Shown: piece after piece, positions 1 to 9,050 of the stretch | Numbering within the stretch: the stretch's first letter is position 1 | Layout: each line of letters starts with the position of its first letter | Source: a virus | Taxonomy: Duplodnaviria > Caudoviricetes | IMG/VR virus record: IMGVR_UViG_3300025296_000068 | Coordinates: 1-33,259 of that record | Direction: 5' to 3' (one strand) | Length of the DNA: 33,259 bases | Made by a program: the position numbers and the translations under genes | Notes under the pieces: generated by a model | Told to the model about the DNA's origin: nothing | The model's database searches: none | What the model saw: the letters and a program-made list of their open reading frames with translations, nothing else

Positions 1-2
1 GG

Positions 3-71
3 GCCAACGTAGACGATGGACTCGACATCGTGCCGCTAACTGTAGACGAGATTAACGCAATCGTTAGTTAA
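3..71 (+). CDS. 3' end of a convergent gene entering from outside the window (...ANVDDGLDIVPLTVDEINAIVS*)
   Basis: Open frame from the window edge to TAA at 69-71, converging on the end of the minus-strand late operon. Too short to assign. Confidence 0.3.
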   Translation, partial: ANVDDGLDIVPLTVDEINAIVS

Positions 72-171
72 ACCCCGGTACCTTCCATGGCGGAGTGAAC
101 TGCCAGTCCAGGAAGCAGGCCCGGACACTCAGGAAGGCCAACATGATGAGGGTGGTCCCACCAAACTTCAT
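64..171 (-). CDS. Putative 35-aa hydrophobic peptide (MKFGGTTLIMLAFLSVRACFLDWQFTPPWKVPGFN)
   Basis: ATG overlaps the TGA of the 168..443 ORF (ATGA coupling); hydrophobic N-terminus. Not in the supplied ORF track. Confidence 0.3.
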   Translation of the reverse strand: MKFGGTTLIMLAFLSVRACFLDWQFTPPWKVPGFN

Positions 172-443
172 TCGCCGTCGCCGTTCAGCTTGTCTAGCTT
201 TCCCTCGATCCTGCCTAAGTGTCTGCTGAAGTCAGCAGCGAACCCTGCGCGCTTCTCCTCGGTCTGGTCTATGCGGCGATGAAGCTCGGCATGGTCTCCA
301 CGGTTGTTCTGGACCGCTGCTGCAAAGTCCACACCGAGCTTTTTAACAGTCGTAGAGATCCCGCTTGCCCGCCAACAAATCGCAGCGATAATGGTCAGGC
401 CCGTCAGGATAAGGCCGCCGATTGTCCCGATGAGTGCTTCCAT
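168..443 (-). CDS. Small membrane protein, N-terminal TM helix plus coiled coil (holin/XhlA-like lysis-module candidate)
   Basis: Hydrophobic IGTIGGLILTGLTIIAAICW followed by a heptad-like C-terminus (LGRIEGKLDKL); TAATG coupling to the upstream gene; position at the end of the late operon. Confidence 0.55.
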   Translation of the reverse strand: MEALIGTIGGLILTGLTIIAAICWRASGISTTVKKLGVDFAAAVQNNRGDHAELHRRIDQTEEKRAGFAADFSRHLGRIEGKLDKLNGDGE

Positions 444-1354
444 TACGGAGGGCTAATGCTGACCTCGACGTTATCCACGTTGTTGAACGTCTGATAGATT
501 ACACTGTCCTCAATAATGAAGTCTTTGGCGGCGAATCCGTCTCCAGCCCCAAGCTCATTAAAGATTATGTCTACCGTACCAGCTTTGATTCTAGTAACGA
601 CGCAGGGGCCGCCCTTAGTGTAGATGTTTGATAGCCGCAGCACGTCCACTTTCCCGTTGACCCCAGAATTCGGGGCTTGCAGTTTAAGCTGGTCATAATA
701 GCCACCCGAAGTGGTCATCGCATTAGCCCGGTTCCCGCCTCCTATTGCCCTGGCCCTTGGTACGCCTGGTGTCGGGGCTATGGACATGCCGTCCGAGGCG
801 TTCCATTTAACATTTAACTCATGGGCTTCGATGGTTGAGAGCGTGAGCTTGGTGCAGCGGAGTCGGTCGATAATAAGGTGTCCCACCTCTATAAAGGTGG
901 CTGTGAATCCTGAGCTAGTAGGCAGTCCACCGATATATACGACATTGGTTTGACCACTTGGGAGGGTGCTGCCTGCAAATGCCGTTCCCACGGTAATGTC
1001 CTCGATACTGATCTCACCCACAGGGGTCGTACCCAGATCGACTCTGAGCGTATTATCCGCAGAGTCGTAAAACGTGGGGATGTCTCCAGGCGCTTCATAA
1101 ATTCCAGCCGAACCGGCGGAGAATGACCGCTCCTCCAGCATCACGTCAGCAGCCACGTATGAGCCGCCTCCAACGAGAGCCAATAACACGCCGATACAAG
1201 CGGAAGGAGGAATCCCGGTCAGCCGGAGGAGTTTGTAGGGGCTGAGGATGAGAGTACCGAGCATCCTCCAGCGTGCCGACTCTGCTTGGAGATATTCAAT
1301 CTTAGCGAGAAGCCAGTCACGCTTGGCCCGGACCGCCCCGTAAAGCCTAATCAT
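443..1354 (-). CDS. Membrane-anchored beta-rich phage protein of unknown function
   Basis: About 300-aa ORF with a TM segment (ACIGVLLALVGGGSYVAA) and a Gly/Thr-rich beta-like C-terminal region. ATG at 1354 overlaps the stop of the upstream small gene; GTG at 1360 is an alternative start. Confidence 0.7.
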   Translation of the reverse strand: MIRLYGAVRAKRDWLLAKIEYLQAESARWRMLGTLILSPYKLLRLTGIPPSACIGVLLALVGGGSYVAADVMLEERSFSAGSAGIYEAPGDIPTFYDSADNTLRVDLGTTPVGEISIEDITVGTAFAGSTLPSGQTNVVYIGGLPTSSGFTATFIEVGHLIIDRLRCTKLTLSTIEAHELNVKWNASDGMSIAPTPGVPRARAIGGGNRANAMTTSGGYYDQLKLQAPNSGVNGKVDVLRLSNIYTKGGPCVVTRIKAGTVDIIFNELGAGDGFAAKDFIIEDSVIYQTFNNVDNVEVSISPP

Positions 1355-1514
1355 TGTCACTTTGCAGCACGTCCTTCGCCAGGGCGATAATACCTGCTCC
1401 CGAGCCAGTGGTAACCTCTATGGAACCGATCTTAAGGCCGTATATACCCAAGAGGAATAGGCCCACGATGGCGGCCATGATCTGCGGTCGTATCTTGCCG
1501 AAGAACTTCTCCAT
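1347..1514 (-). CDS. 55-aa two-TM membrane protein, holin-like (MEKFFGKIRPQIMAAIVGLFLLGIYGLKIGSIEVTTGSGAGIIALAKDVLQSDND)
   Basis: Strong RBS (AGGAGGCGATAATG), basic N-terminus, two hydrophobic segments, charged C-terminus. Missing from the ORF track (<60 aa). Confidence 0.7.
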   Translation of the reverse strand: MEKFFGKIRPQIMAAIVGLFLLGIYGLKIGSIEVTTGSGAGIIALAKDVLQSDND

Positions 1515-1538
1515 TATCGCCTCCTGCGGCGCCAGGGA

Positions 1539-2009
1539 TTACGAATCCGCGGGCGGTGCAACGGCTTCCTCCTTGGGGTCAGGCGGGTCCTCCCCTGGCG
1601 CCTCGACCTTGTTCGTCTCCATGTAGTGGACGAGTAACCACACGTCCTGCGCGAAGGACCAGATGCCCGTGCTGGCCCCGACCTTCGGTGGCCCGTACTC
1701 TTTGACCTGGGCTACAAACCATTCGTAGTTGGCACGCGGCAGCGAAACGTAACCGTCCGAGTCCTTCAGCCGCTCGTCAATGTCGACGATCTTGTCCGTA
1801 TCACTCCAGTCCTTGATGGGGATGAGCTTCCGGGTCTGCTGGAGCACGCCTACGAAGTCCAGGACTTCCGGATCTTCGCCACGCTTGGTGAGGGTCCACG
1901 GCTCGCCCTCATAGTCCAGCCATTCGTCCGGCACCGGGATGTGGACGAAAGGCCGGGTGTGCTTTCGCTTCTCCTCTGCTGCCTTCCGCTGCTGCCTGTT
2001 AGACGACAT
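1539..2009 (-). CDS. Hypothetical phage protein
   Basis: 156-aa ORF, RBS GAGGAGGGG, overlaps the upstream stop. Confidence 0.75.
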   Translation of the reverse strand: MSSNRQQRKAAEEKRKHTRPFVHIPVPDEWLDYEGEPWTLTKRGEDPEVLDFVGVLQQTRKLIPIKDWSDTDKIVDIDERLKDSDGYVSLPRANYEWFVAQVKEYGPPKVGASTGIWSFAQDVWLLVHYMETNKVEAPGEDPPDPKEEAVAPPADS

Positions 2010-2445
2010 CTTGCCCCTCCTCGAATACGTTTGTCGCCTGCCCGTCTTTGAACTCAGGATGGTGCGCCCTGGCCCAAAGGTAAATCGCCTTGATCGGCTC
2101 CATTCCCGCGCCCACTAGGACTGGGGTATCCAGGTAATCGTCGAAGATAGGCTGCGCAGGCTCCACGACAACCATGATGAAGTTCCCGGCCTCGTCCGCC
2201 ATCTGATTACCGTCGGCGTCCCGGTCCGGCTCCACTACCGCATCAATGTTCTCGATCCTACTGTGCTGGCGCCGCAGGAAGGGTTCTCTTTCCCCACGTT
2301 GGTAGTCCTCAAGGCTATTCCACCAGTCCCAGTACACGCTAACAGCAGCGTCCTTCCGGTGGTATACATAGGACTCAACATTGATATACGCGTGCTCTCG
2401 CGCAGTCCCGGTGCCCTCGTCCAAGTGCTTTTTTTTGAATCCCAT
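1999..2445 (-). CDS. Hypothetical protein following the tail fibre (possible fibre-assembly factor)
   Basis: Start chosen at ATG 2445 (MGFKKK), just after the fibre stop, with GAGG upstream. Function inferred from position only. Confidence 0.7.
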   Translation of the reverse strand: MGFKKKHLDEGTGTAREHAYINVESYVYHRKDAAVSVYWDWWNSLEDYQRGEREPFLRRQHSRIENIDAVVEPDRDADGNQMADEAGNFIMVVVEPAQPIFDDYLDTPVLVGAGMEPIKAIYLWARAHHPEFKDGQATNVFEEGQDVV

Positions 2446-2449
2446 CCTG

Positions 2450-3598
2450 CTACCTCGCCTCAAGCGCCGCTATCTTCCGGTTGGCAGCCGCCAGATCAGC
2501 CTTCACTTTATCGAGCTCGGTCCATTTCGTAGAGGCCGTCTTGTGTATCTCGTCGACGGCCAGCTCGACGCCGTTCACTCGCGGTTCGATATCGTTGAGC
2601 CGAAATTCGTGCCACTGGACCACACCCATCAAAAAGCCGCCTACGTAGCCAGCAGCGATGCCTTTACGGTTGCCCGAAGCAAGGAAGTCAGGCACGTCCT
2701 CGGCGATCATCCCGTAACGTAGGTACGGGTCGTCCTGCCTGCCATTCTCTCGCCGGTACTCATTCACTTCTACCATTGCGAGGAGCCGACTGAATATCGA
2801 CAAGTCTGCGATGGGGATAACGCCTCGCTTGATGTCACGGGAGGACCCATCTGTCCAGACACCAGAGGTAGAGAGGTTCCCACCGTTGACGTTCTCACGC
2901 ATGAAGAAGTTACTGCCTCCCTCCGTAGGGGCAGTGGTCATAAGGATGTTTTGTGCATTTGTGGCTGCCCCACTGCCCGCTAGTGTGATGACCGGCTCGG
3001 CTACCCTGAGCGTCTGAAGGTCGGTAATGGTCACGCCAGTCTGCACCGTGACTGCCCCGCCAGTAAAATCTACTATCTCCGCGTCCGCCCTGGTGGTGGT
3101 TTGGGTCAACGCGGGGGCAACGAGAATGGCCTTGGCACCATTTGTAGAGAGAGAACCCCCAACGCGAAAGTGTGCGTTGCTGGCCGCTGCCACGTTGACG
3201 CCAACCGTGCCGGTAGTACCGTCCACGTAGACAATGGTAACGTTGTCTCCGAGTAAGACGTTAGAACCCGCGGCAGCGCCCAGGGTCAGGTTGCCCGCGC
3301 TGGTGTTGACCGTCGTCGCTCCGGTAAATTTGAGCACCCCTGAACCTACGGCTTGGAGGTCCCAAATCGTATCGGTGCCATTGTAGGAGAGAATAGAGTC
3401 GCCGCCGGTTCCCAAGCTGATCCGCTGGTTGTCGTTGAACGTGAGGTGGCCGGTCGAGACGACGGCCGAGTCGAGGTTGCGGCCGTTACTCCCGTCGTGA
3501 AGGTGGCCAGTCGACGTGTCTATCGCGTCCGCGCGGAGGTTGTTGTACTGGGCCGCCGTAGCGGTATCGCCGGTGTCGACTGTTGAGCTATTCGCCAT
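2450..3598 (-). CDS. Tail fibre/spike with C-terminal intramolecular chaperone (peptidase S74-like) domain
   Basis: Gly/Thr/Ala-rich beta-repeat body, then the S74 signature 'DGSSRDIKRGV...YGMIAEDVP' and a terminal coiled coil. Confidence 0.85.
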   Translation of the reverse strand: MANSSTVDTGDTATAAQYNNLRADAIDTSTGHLHDGSNGRNLDSAVVSTGHLTFNDNQRISLGTGGDSILSYNGTDTIWDLQAVGSGVLKFTGATTVNTSAGNLTLGAAAGSNVLLGDNVTIVYVDGTTGTVGVNVAAASNAHFRVGGSLSTNGAKAILVAPALTQTTTRADAEIVDFTGGAVTVQTGVTITDLQTLRVAEPVITLAGSGAATNAQNILMTTAPTEGGSNFFMRENVNGGNLSTSGVWTDGSSRDIKRGVIPIADLSIFSRLLAMVEVNEYRRENGRQDDPYLRYGMIAEDVPDFLASGNRKGIAAGYVGGFLMGVVQWHEFRLNDIEPRVNGVELAVDEIHKTASTKWTELDKVKADLAAANRKIAALEAR

Positions 3599-3830
3599 GT
3601 CCTACCTCACAGGCCCGCGTCTGGTAGTCCTCGATGCTATGGATGGGGTCGTAAAGCCAGGGTAGCTTGCCGTGGGCGCCAGTATACTCGCCCTTCGTGA
3701 TCACGTCCCGATCCCGGCAGTGGCAGCATATCTGGCGGAAGTTTGGGTTGGCCGCGTCCTGGTCGGGATGCCAGCAGCACCGGGGGGCGATCGGTTCGAT
3801 GGTAACGTCCGTCGCTCGGGCTCGTTGCTC
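3588..3830 (-). CDS. Possible small Cys/His-rich protein; start codon unclear
   Basis: Open frame fills the gap between tail-tip and fibre genes, carries CCWH and CCHC motifs and overlaps the fibre start. No good ATG/GTG follows the upstream stop; the 5' boundary is approximate. Confidence 0.35.
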   Translation of the reverse strand, partial: EQRARATDVTIEPIAPRCCWHPDQDAANPNFRQICCHCRDRDVITKGEYTGAHGKLPWLYDPIHSIEDYQTRACEVGHGE

Positions 3831-3838
3831 TCTGTTGC

Positions 3839-6145
3839 TTAACCCCACTGGAAGAACCCCCACCGCGCGTTGCCCCAGACCCCGCCGATGGTCTGCTGGA
3901 GAGTCCACTGGCACTGGACGTACTTGTTCCCCTGCTTGAACTCCAGGGTCCGGCCCTCGATGTGATACTCGTCGTCGATACCCATGTCCGTGTAGACGAG
4001 GTTCACCCGGTCGCTCATGGAGCGGTGGATAGCCTGCATAAGCGCGGCCCGTGTCTTGTTGGGCATCGTGCAGGTGACGACTTCCTTACGCATCTGGCGG
4101 AGTTCGACCCGCTTCTCAGCACGGCCCTGGGCCGTGGCGAACTTGTCGATGTGGAGGGCCTTGTGCTCGATCCGTCGGCGCCCGACGTCCGTCTGGCTCT
4201 TACTATTCTCGGCCCGACCGAAGGTCTTGCTCGACTGCTGTCCCTTGTCCGCCCTTAGCCGCAGGAACGTGATGAAGCCATTCGTCCCCGAGCCGTTGTA
4301 TAGGTCTATGCGCCGGAAGTTGCCGTCGAACCCGGTCACCACCTCTACGGTCACATTGTAGACATTATAGGTCAGGGGGGTGTCCGTCTCGTCGAAGCCG
4401 GTGTCCGCCTGGGCGTAACCAACTGTGACGAGGTCAGGGGCGGTGAACAGAGCTACCCGGGTGCCGTCGCCGTCGACATCCGACGTTCCTATCCAGGCGA
4501 GCGCCGTGGTCCCGGACGCGTCGGTAATCCGGACCTGGTGCTTCCCGTCGTTCCAGTCTGTGAAGTCCTGGCTGATGTCGTCTAGCTGGTAAAGGGAACT
4601 CCCTGTAGCCGATACCGTGTCCTGCTGAGTGTCCACCGCGCCTAGGAGGTCCGTCCCGCCGCCAGTTTCCAGGGTGTTGACGGTGAAGTCGGTCGTATGA
4701 ACGGGCCATATCTCGTTCGCTATATGGTCCTCGTCGCCGACAGCGGTGAACTTCCTGGTGATACCGTTGTTAAGGGACGGCCGATCATCGACTTCCAGGC
4801 GCCAGACGAGGACGGCTGCCGTACGGCTGATCCGGTGGTACTGGTAATAGACCTCGTTCTCGACGTTCTCCTTGCCGTCGTCCCACCTGAAAAGGTCCTG
4901 GGACACGATCATATCCGTGGCCGCCGCTTCGCCACCGCCAGCAGGGTCTCCACGCCACGTCTTGAGCGCCTTCGTATGGGGCGCTGACTTCCGGTGGTCG
5001 GAGTCCTCGTAGCGGTAGTAGCCCGCCCCATCGACGGTGAATATGCCCACATCGTCGTCCTGAAGCTGGTACGCCTCGGTCAGGCCGTCCCGCCCCATGC
5101 TCTTGACGTGCTCCTTCTCGATCGCGAGGGTGGTGCCGGTGTCCAGAATCCGGTTCGCAGATGAAGCGTCCACGGCGTCCAGGATGCGGTCGAGGATGGC
5201 CTTAGCGGTCGTGTTGTCGACTTCGGGGGCAGTCCGGTACACCAGGTGTTGACCCATGCGCTCGCGGTCGTCCATTGCCCGAATCAGGCAGAACTGGTTA
5301 TGGGCCTCGGGCTTCGGCTCGATCCTGTCGATGCGCCCGAAGAATAGGGACCGCCAGCCTCCGAAGTCGTCCCACTTGTCGCTCGCGTGGGTTCCTCTAC
5401 CGCCGATGCCGTACTTAGTCGCCGTGTTAAACCTCGTGGTCGTGTGGGAGAACTGGAGCGTGTCGTCGACAGAGACACGAATCACATCCCCGTGAGTCTC
5501 GACGCCAATGATCTTTTCGTCGGAAGCGGTCCATGTGAAGGCGGCTTCGGCTATGGACGTGAGGGTGCCGGAGACAACCTCTCCAAGCCGTATATTCGTG
5601 CCGTCGTTGTAGACAAGCAGATAGTTACTGGCGTCAGAGTAGCGCACTATCAGGCCACTCCGGGTGCCTCCACGGACGTACTTGACGCCCACGAAGCAGT
5701 CCGTCTCACCAAAGTCGAGGACCGCTGAGTAGTTCCCGGCGGTGACGGGTATCATGCGGTTGGACTGGGCCTTGAACTGAGTGACGTCCCCGGCCCAGGC
5801 GTCGAACTCGCTGTCGTAGTCGGGCTTACGGCTGGCCAGCGTGGTGTTATCGGCCACGTCGAAGGTGTCTACCGGGTAGCCTACCTGGACCCAGATGTTC
5901 GGGCCGGGTAGTTGCAGGGGGTAGAGCACGCTCGTCGCCTTCGGTGGGCTGAAGCGGTGATCGTCGTTCTTGAGATATAGCTCCAGGATCGTCGCGGGGG
6001 ACCGGCGCTTCCGAAGGTTGATTTCCTCGATTATCTTCATACCGCGGCCCTGAGTCCGCACGTACGTCGTGATGTCGGAGTTCGCGTCCGTGAAGTCGCC
6101 GTCCTGGTCGAAGTCGGCCCGGACCCTTGTTAGTGGCGTGGGCAC
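3839..6145 (-). CDS. Large minor tail protein (tail tip/hub), with a probable beta-sandwich insertion
   Basis: 768 aa, directly after the tape measure. N-terminal 'DFDQDGDFTD..DIT.YV', 'LFFGRIDRIEP...IRAMD' hub-like segment, and C-terminal 'SDRVNL...YHIEG...W.L' plus aromatic WG repeats typical of siphophage tail-tip proteins. Confidence 0.8.
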   Translation of the reverse strand: MPTPLTRVRADFDQDGDFTDANSDITTYVRTQGRGMKIIEEINLRKRRSPATILELYLKNDDHRFSPPKATSVLYPLQLPGPNIWVQVGYPVDTFDVADNTTLASRKPDYDSEFDAWAGDVTQFKAQSNRMIPVTAGNYSAVLDFGETDCFVGVKYVRGGTRSGLIVRYSDASNYLLVYNDGTNIRLGEVVSGTLTSIAEAAFTWTASDEKIIGVETHGDVIRVSVDDTLQFSHTTTRFNTATKYGIGGRGTHASDKWDDFGGWRSLFFGRIDRIEPKPEAHNQFCLIRAMDDRERMGQHLVYRTAPEVDNTTAKAILDRILDAVDASSANRILDTGTTLAIEKEHVKSMGRDGLTEAYQLQDDDVGIFTVDGAGYYRYEDSDHRKSAPHTKALKTWRGDPAGGGEAAATDMIVSQDLFRWDDGKENVENEVYYQYHRISRTAAVLVWRLEVDDRPSLNNGITRKFTAVGDEDHIANEIWPVHTTDFTVNTLETGGGTDLLGAVDTQQDTVSATGSSLYQLDDISQDFTDWNDGKHQVRITDASGTTALAWIGTSDVDGDGTRVALFTAPDLVTVGYAQADTGFDETDTPLTYNVYNVTVEVVTGFDGNFRRIDLYNGSGTNGFITFLRLRADKGQQSSKTFGRAENSKSQTDVGRRRIEHKALHIDKFATAQGRAEKRVELRQMRKEVVTCTMPNKTRAALMQAIHRSMSDRVNLVYTDMGIDDEYHIEGRTLEFKQGNKYVQCQWTLQQTIGGVWGNARWGFFQWG

Positions 6146-8362
6146 TTAAGTCCCCCGTCTTTCGTTGATGTCGATGCGGTTAGCGATGTCGCGGGCCAGG
6201 TCGTTCGCGGCTACCTCGTCCTGGATGTGGGCCTCGTTGAAAATGAACGTATACGAGTTGCCGGCGCCCATACCTTTGCCTTTGCCGAGGGGTATGACGG
6301 CCTCGGGGCCAGCTTCGCCGATCATGGCAAGGGTGGGCTTGGTGACGATTCCTCCAGCATGGAAGCCGGGAACGGTAGCGGCGCCAAGCCCGGAGGAGGC
6401 GAACGGGCTTACGCCAGTGAATATCTTGATGATCTTCTTGAGCCAGTCGGGGATGATTCCTTCAATGAAGCTAATCGCGATCTCGACCCCGTCATCTATC
6501 CACTCCGTAACCATTGTGATGACTTTCCATACGGCGTTCGCCTTGTTAGTGCCGAACTTAAATGCTACCCAAACACCATCTGTAAGCCACTCCGTAACCT
6601 TGGTGATAATCTTCCATACGGCGTTCGCCTTGTTAGTGCCGAACTTAAATGCTACCAGAACACCATCTGTAAGCCACTCCGTAACCTTGGTGATAATCTT
6701 CCATACGGCGTCCGCCTTGTTAGTGCCGAACTTAAATGCTACCAGAACACCATCTGTAAGCCACTCCGTAACCTTGGTGATAATCTTCCATACGGCGTCC
6801 GCCTTGTTAGTGCCGAACTTAAATGCTACCAGAACACCATCTGTAAGCCACTCCGTAACCTTGGTGATAATCTTCCATACGGCGTCCGCCTTGTTAGTGC
6901 CGAACTTAAATGCTACCAGAACACCATCTGTAAGCCACTCCGTAACCTTGGTGATAATCTTCCATACGGCGTTCGCCTTGTCAGTGCCGAACTTAAATGC
7001 GATTTCAATACCCTCTGAAATCCAATCCGCCACCTTGGTGATAGTCTCCCAGACGGCGTTCGCTACATTCGTGGTGAACTTGAATGCAGCCTGTACCCCA
7101 TTGGCGATCCAATCCGCCACCTTGGTGATAGTCTCCCAGACGGCGTTCGCTACATTCGTGGTGAACTTGAATGCAGCCTGTACCCCATTGGCGATCCAGT
7201 CCGTAACCTTGGTGATAGTCTCCCAGACGGCGTTCGCTACATTCGTGGTGAACTTGAATGCAGCCTGTACCCCATTGGCGATCCAGTCCGTAACCTTGGT
7301 GATAGTCTCCCACGCGTTACCGGCGAGGTCTTTCGTCAGCTTTAGGGCGGCATTAACAGCCGTTTTGCCACTCTCCCACCACCCTAATACTGTCTCGACG
7401 ATCTTATCGATCACGCCCTTCGTGAAGTTAATTGCGATGCCGATTCCTGTCGCTGCGAGGCCAACCCAGTCCTTAATCGTATCTATCAGGGACCAGAACG
7501 TACCCGTAAGAAAATTGATGGTAATACCGAAGGCCGCAGGGATAAGCTCGGTGAAGAACGCATTGAAATTGGCTTTCAGCTCGTCGCTAATAATGGACTT
7601 AAGGAAGTTGGGGATGGTCTCGGTGAATGCCTTCTTGAGGAACGGTAGGACGGTGTCGCTAATGTAATCCATTAACTTCCCCCAGTCCTCTTGCAACTCC
7701 TTGCTAAACAGCAGGTCCTTGATATTGAAGTTCAGCAAGTCCTCTACGGCCTGCTGTAAGGTCGTCTTTACCTTATCGAGAACCGTCGTTGCGCCCTCAC
7801 CCGCGGCGATAATCCTCTGCATACCAGTCTCGTAGGAGCCCAGCCAGCCGACGAGGTCTTCAAGGGGCCGGATATTGCCCAGCATCGCCTCGCCGATGGC
7901 CTTTGAGGCTTGCTCTACTGATACGCCCGTAGCCTGAACCAGGGCCAGGGCGGCCTCTACGTCGTCGATGCCGGTAGTGGCATCCTTCGATGTGTTGAGA
8001 ATGATTCCAAACGCCTTCTCGGCATCCTTGGCAGTCTTGGCGTACGCATCCCCAATAGTAGCAAATTGAGGCTTTGCCGCCTCGAAGGACTGCTTAGCTA
8101 TAGGCCCCATGCTTGCGACGACGAGGTTGGTATGAGCAGATACCTTCTGGAGTTCGCGGTGCACGTCAATAATGGCCTTTATCGAGAAGACACCCGCGAC
8201 GGCGCCGACCCCGATAGCGGCAAGGGCGCTACTGAATCCCTTGAGGCCAGTCGTTACACCAGCGAAGCCCCGCTTCGTAGTCGTCAGGCTACTATCAAGC
8301 TCCTTGAAGCCCGCCTTGGCCTGTTTCGTATCTGCACTAACCTTTAGCTCTACGTCAGCCAT
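6146..8362 (-). CDS. Tail tape measure protein
   Basis: 738-aa helical protein downstream of the tail chaperones; Trp/Phe-periodic 29-aa repeats; C-terminal 'FHAGGIVTKPTLAMIGEAGPEAVIPL' motif characteristic of TMPs. Confidence 0.93.
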   Translation of the reverse strand: MADVELKVSADTKQAKAGFKELDSSLTTTKRGFAGVTTGLKGFSSALAAIGVGAVAGVFSIKAIIDVHRELQKVSAHTNLVVASMGPIAKQSFEAAKPQFATIGDAYAKTAKDAEKAFGIILNTSKDATTGIDDVEAALALVQATGVSVEQASKAIGEAMLGNIRPLEDLVGWLGSYETGMQRIIAAGEGATTVLDKVKTTLQQAVEDLLNFNIKDLLFSKELQEDWGKLMDYISDTVLPFLKKAFTETIPNFLKSIISDELKANFNAFFTELIPAAFGITINFLTGTFWSLIDTIKDWVGLAATGIGIAINFTKGVIDKIVETVLGWWESGKTAVNAALKLTKDLAGNAWETITKVTDWIANGVQAAFKFTTNVANAVWETITKVTDWIANGVQAAFKFTTNVANAVWETITKVADWIANGVQAAFKFTTNVANAVWETITKVADWISEGIEIAFKFGTDKANAVWKIITKVTEWLTDGVLVAFKFGTNKADAVWKIITKVTEWLTDGVLVAFKFGTNKADAVWKIITKVTEWLTDGVLVAFKFGTNKADAVWKIITKVTEWLTDGVLVAFKFGTNKANAVWKIITKVTEWLTDGVWVAFKFGTNKANAVWKVITMVTEWIDDGVEIAISFIEGIIPDWLKKIIKIFTGVSPFASSGLGAATVPGFHAGGIVTKPTLAMIGEAGPEAVIPLGKGKGMGAGNSYTFIFNEAHIQDEVAANDLARDIANRIDINERRGT
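6500..7320. repeat. 87-bp (29-aa) coding tandem repeat in the tape measure gene, about 10 units of two subtypes
   Basis: Units start at 6500, 6587, 6674, 6761, 6848, 6935 (AFKFGTNKA[D/N]AVWKIITKVTEWLTDGV type) and 7022, 7109, 7196, 7283 (AFKFTTNVANAVWETITKV[A/T]DWIANGVQ type; last partial). Confidence 0.95.
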
Positions 8363-8639
8363 TCCCCACCATCGTTATATCCGCGAGGTCCTTATCGGTA
8401 ATACCACCCTTGCCACCGTTAGACTCCGGTGTGTGCCGCCCGAGGGCTAGCACTTGCGATAGGCGTAAAATCTCGGTGCTCTCCGCGAGGAATTGCCCCG
8501 GCGATAAATGCCACTTCTGGCACATCCCCTCTATTAACTCGGCCCGCTCTAGCTCCCAGGGTTTAGTGAACTCGCTCCCGTCGGCGTTAGTGGCACCGGG
8601 TCCGAAGTGCTTCCATTGGGCGAGTCGACTTCTAAAGGG
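8355..8639 (-). CDS. Tail assembly chaperone C-terminal extension (lambda gpGT-like), reached by -1 frameshift
   Basis: The frame entered by -1 slippage at C CCT TTA reads PFRSRLAQWKHFG...GMCQKWHLSPGQFLAES and ends overlapping the TMP start. Confidence 0.75.
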   Translation of the reverse strand, partial: PFRSRLAQWKHFGPGATNADGSEFTKPWELERAELIEGMCQKWHLSPGQFLAESTEILRLSQVLALGRHTPESNGGKGGITDKDLADITMVGNG

Positions 8640-8980
8640 ACGGATACCTCGGCCACCATCCCCATCCACGCCTTTATTAGGAAAAGGCTGAAGCGCAAGA
8701 TAGACCCCGTTCGAAAGCCCTCTACCGTCGCCGGGATCGGTTCTCCGTCGTCGTCGAGGAGGTTCCACCCGATCAGGACGTGCTCGGCGAAGGTAGCAAG
8801 TAGAACGGCGATCTGGGACTGTTCGCCGCCTTCGGCCGCCTGACCCAGCCCGATGAGGTCCAGGTATAGGGCGTTCGATACGTCAAGCTGTACCTCGACC
8901 TTCGCGCCCACCCACTCCGTATCGTCAAAGTTGAGGTCCGCCGTCTTACGCTGGAGCGTATATCCCCTCTCAGATGTCAA
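8549..8980 (-). CDS. Tail assembly chaperone (lambda gpG-like)
   Basis: Lies between tail tube and TMP; 'LIGWNLLDDDGEPIPAT' motif; TTG start with GGAGGGG RBS; low-complexity Ser/Pro tail after the slippery site. Confidence 0.85.
   Translation of the reverse strand: MTSERGYTLQRKTADLNFDDTEWVGAKVEVQLDVSNALYLDLIGLGQAAEGGEQSQIAVLLATFAEHVLIGWNLLDDDGEPIPATVEGFRTGSILRFSLFLIKAWMGMVAEVSVPLEVDSPNGSTSDPVPLTPTGASSLNPGS
8633..8639 (-). other. Programmed -1 ribosomal frameshift slippery heptamer C CCU UUA
   Basis: XXXYYYZ heptamer in the correct phase (GTC CCT TTA GAA) at the canonical G/GT position. Confidence 0.8.
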
Positions 8981-9050
8981 CGTAGCCCCTCCATTTACCT
9001 GTTTCCGGGGTCGGAGGCCCCGGCACGTAGCCGAGGCCCTACCCTTCGCT

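Noticed and set aside
6500-7320. Regular repeats resembling a CRISPR array
   Set aside because: Units are contiguous 87-bp in-frame coding repeats with no unique spacers, and no cas genes are present.
6165-7667. 500-aa and 263-aa plus-strand ORFs
   Set aside because: Antisense shadows of the repetitive tape measure gene.
9004-9040. GC-rich hairpins between tail tube and chaperone genes as a terminator
   Set aside because: No U-tract follows; may be an ordinary mRNA stability element, and there is too little support to call it.
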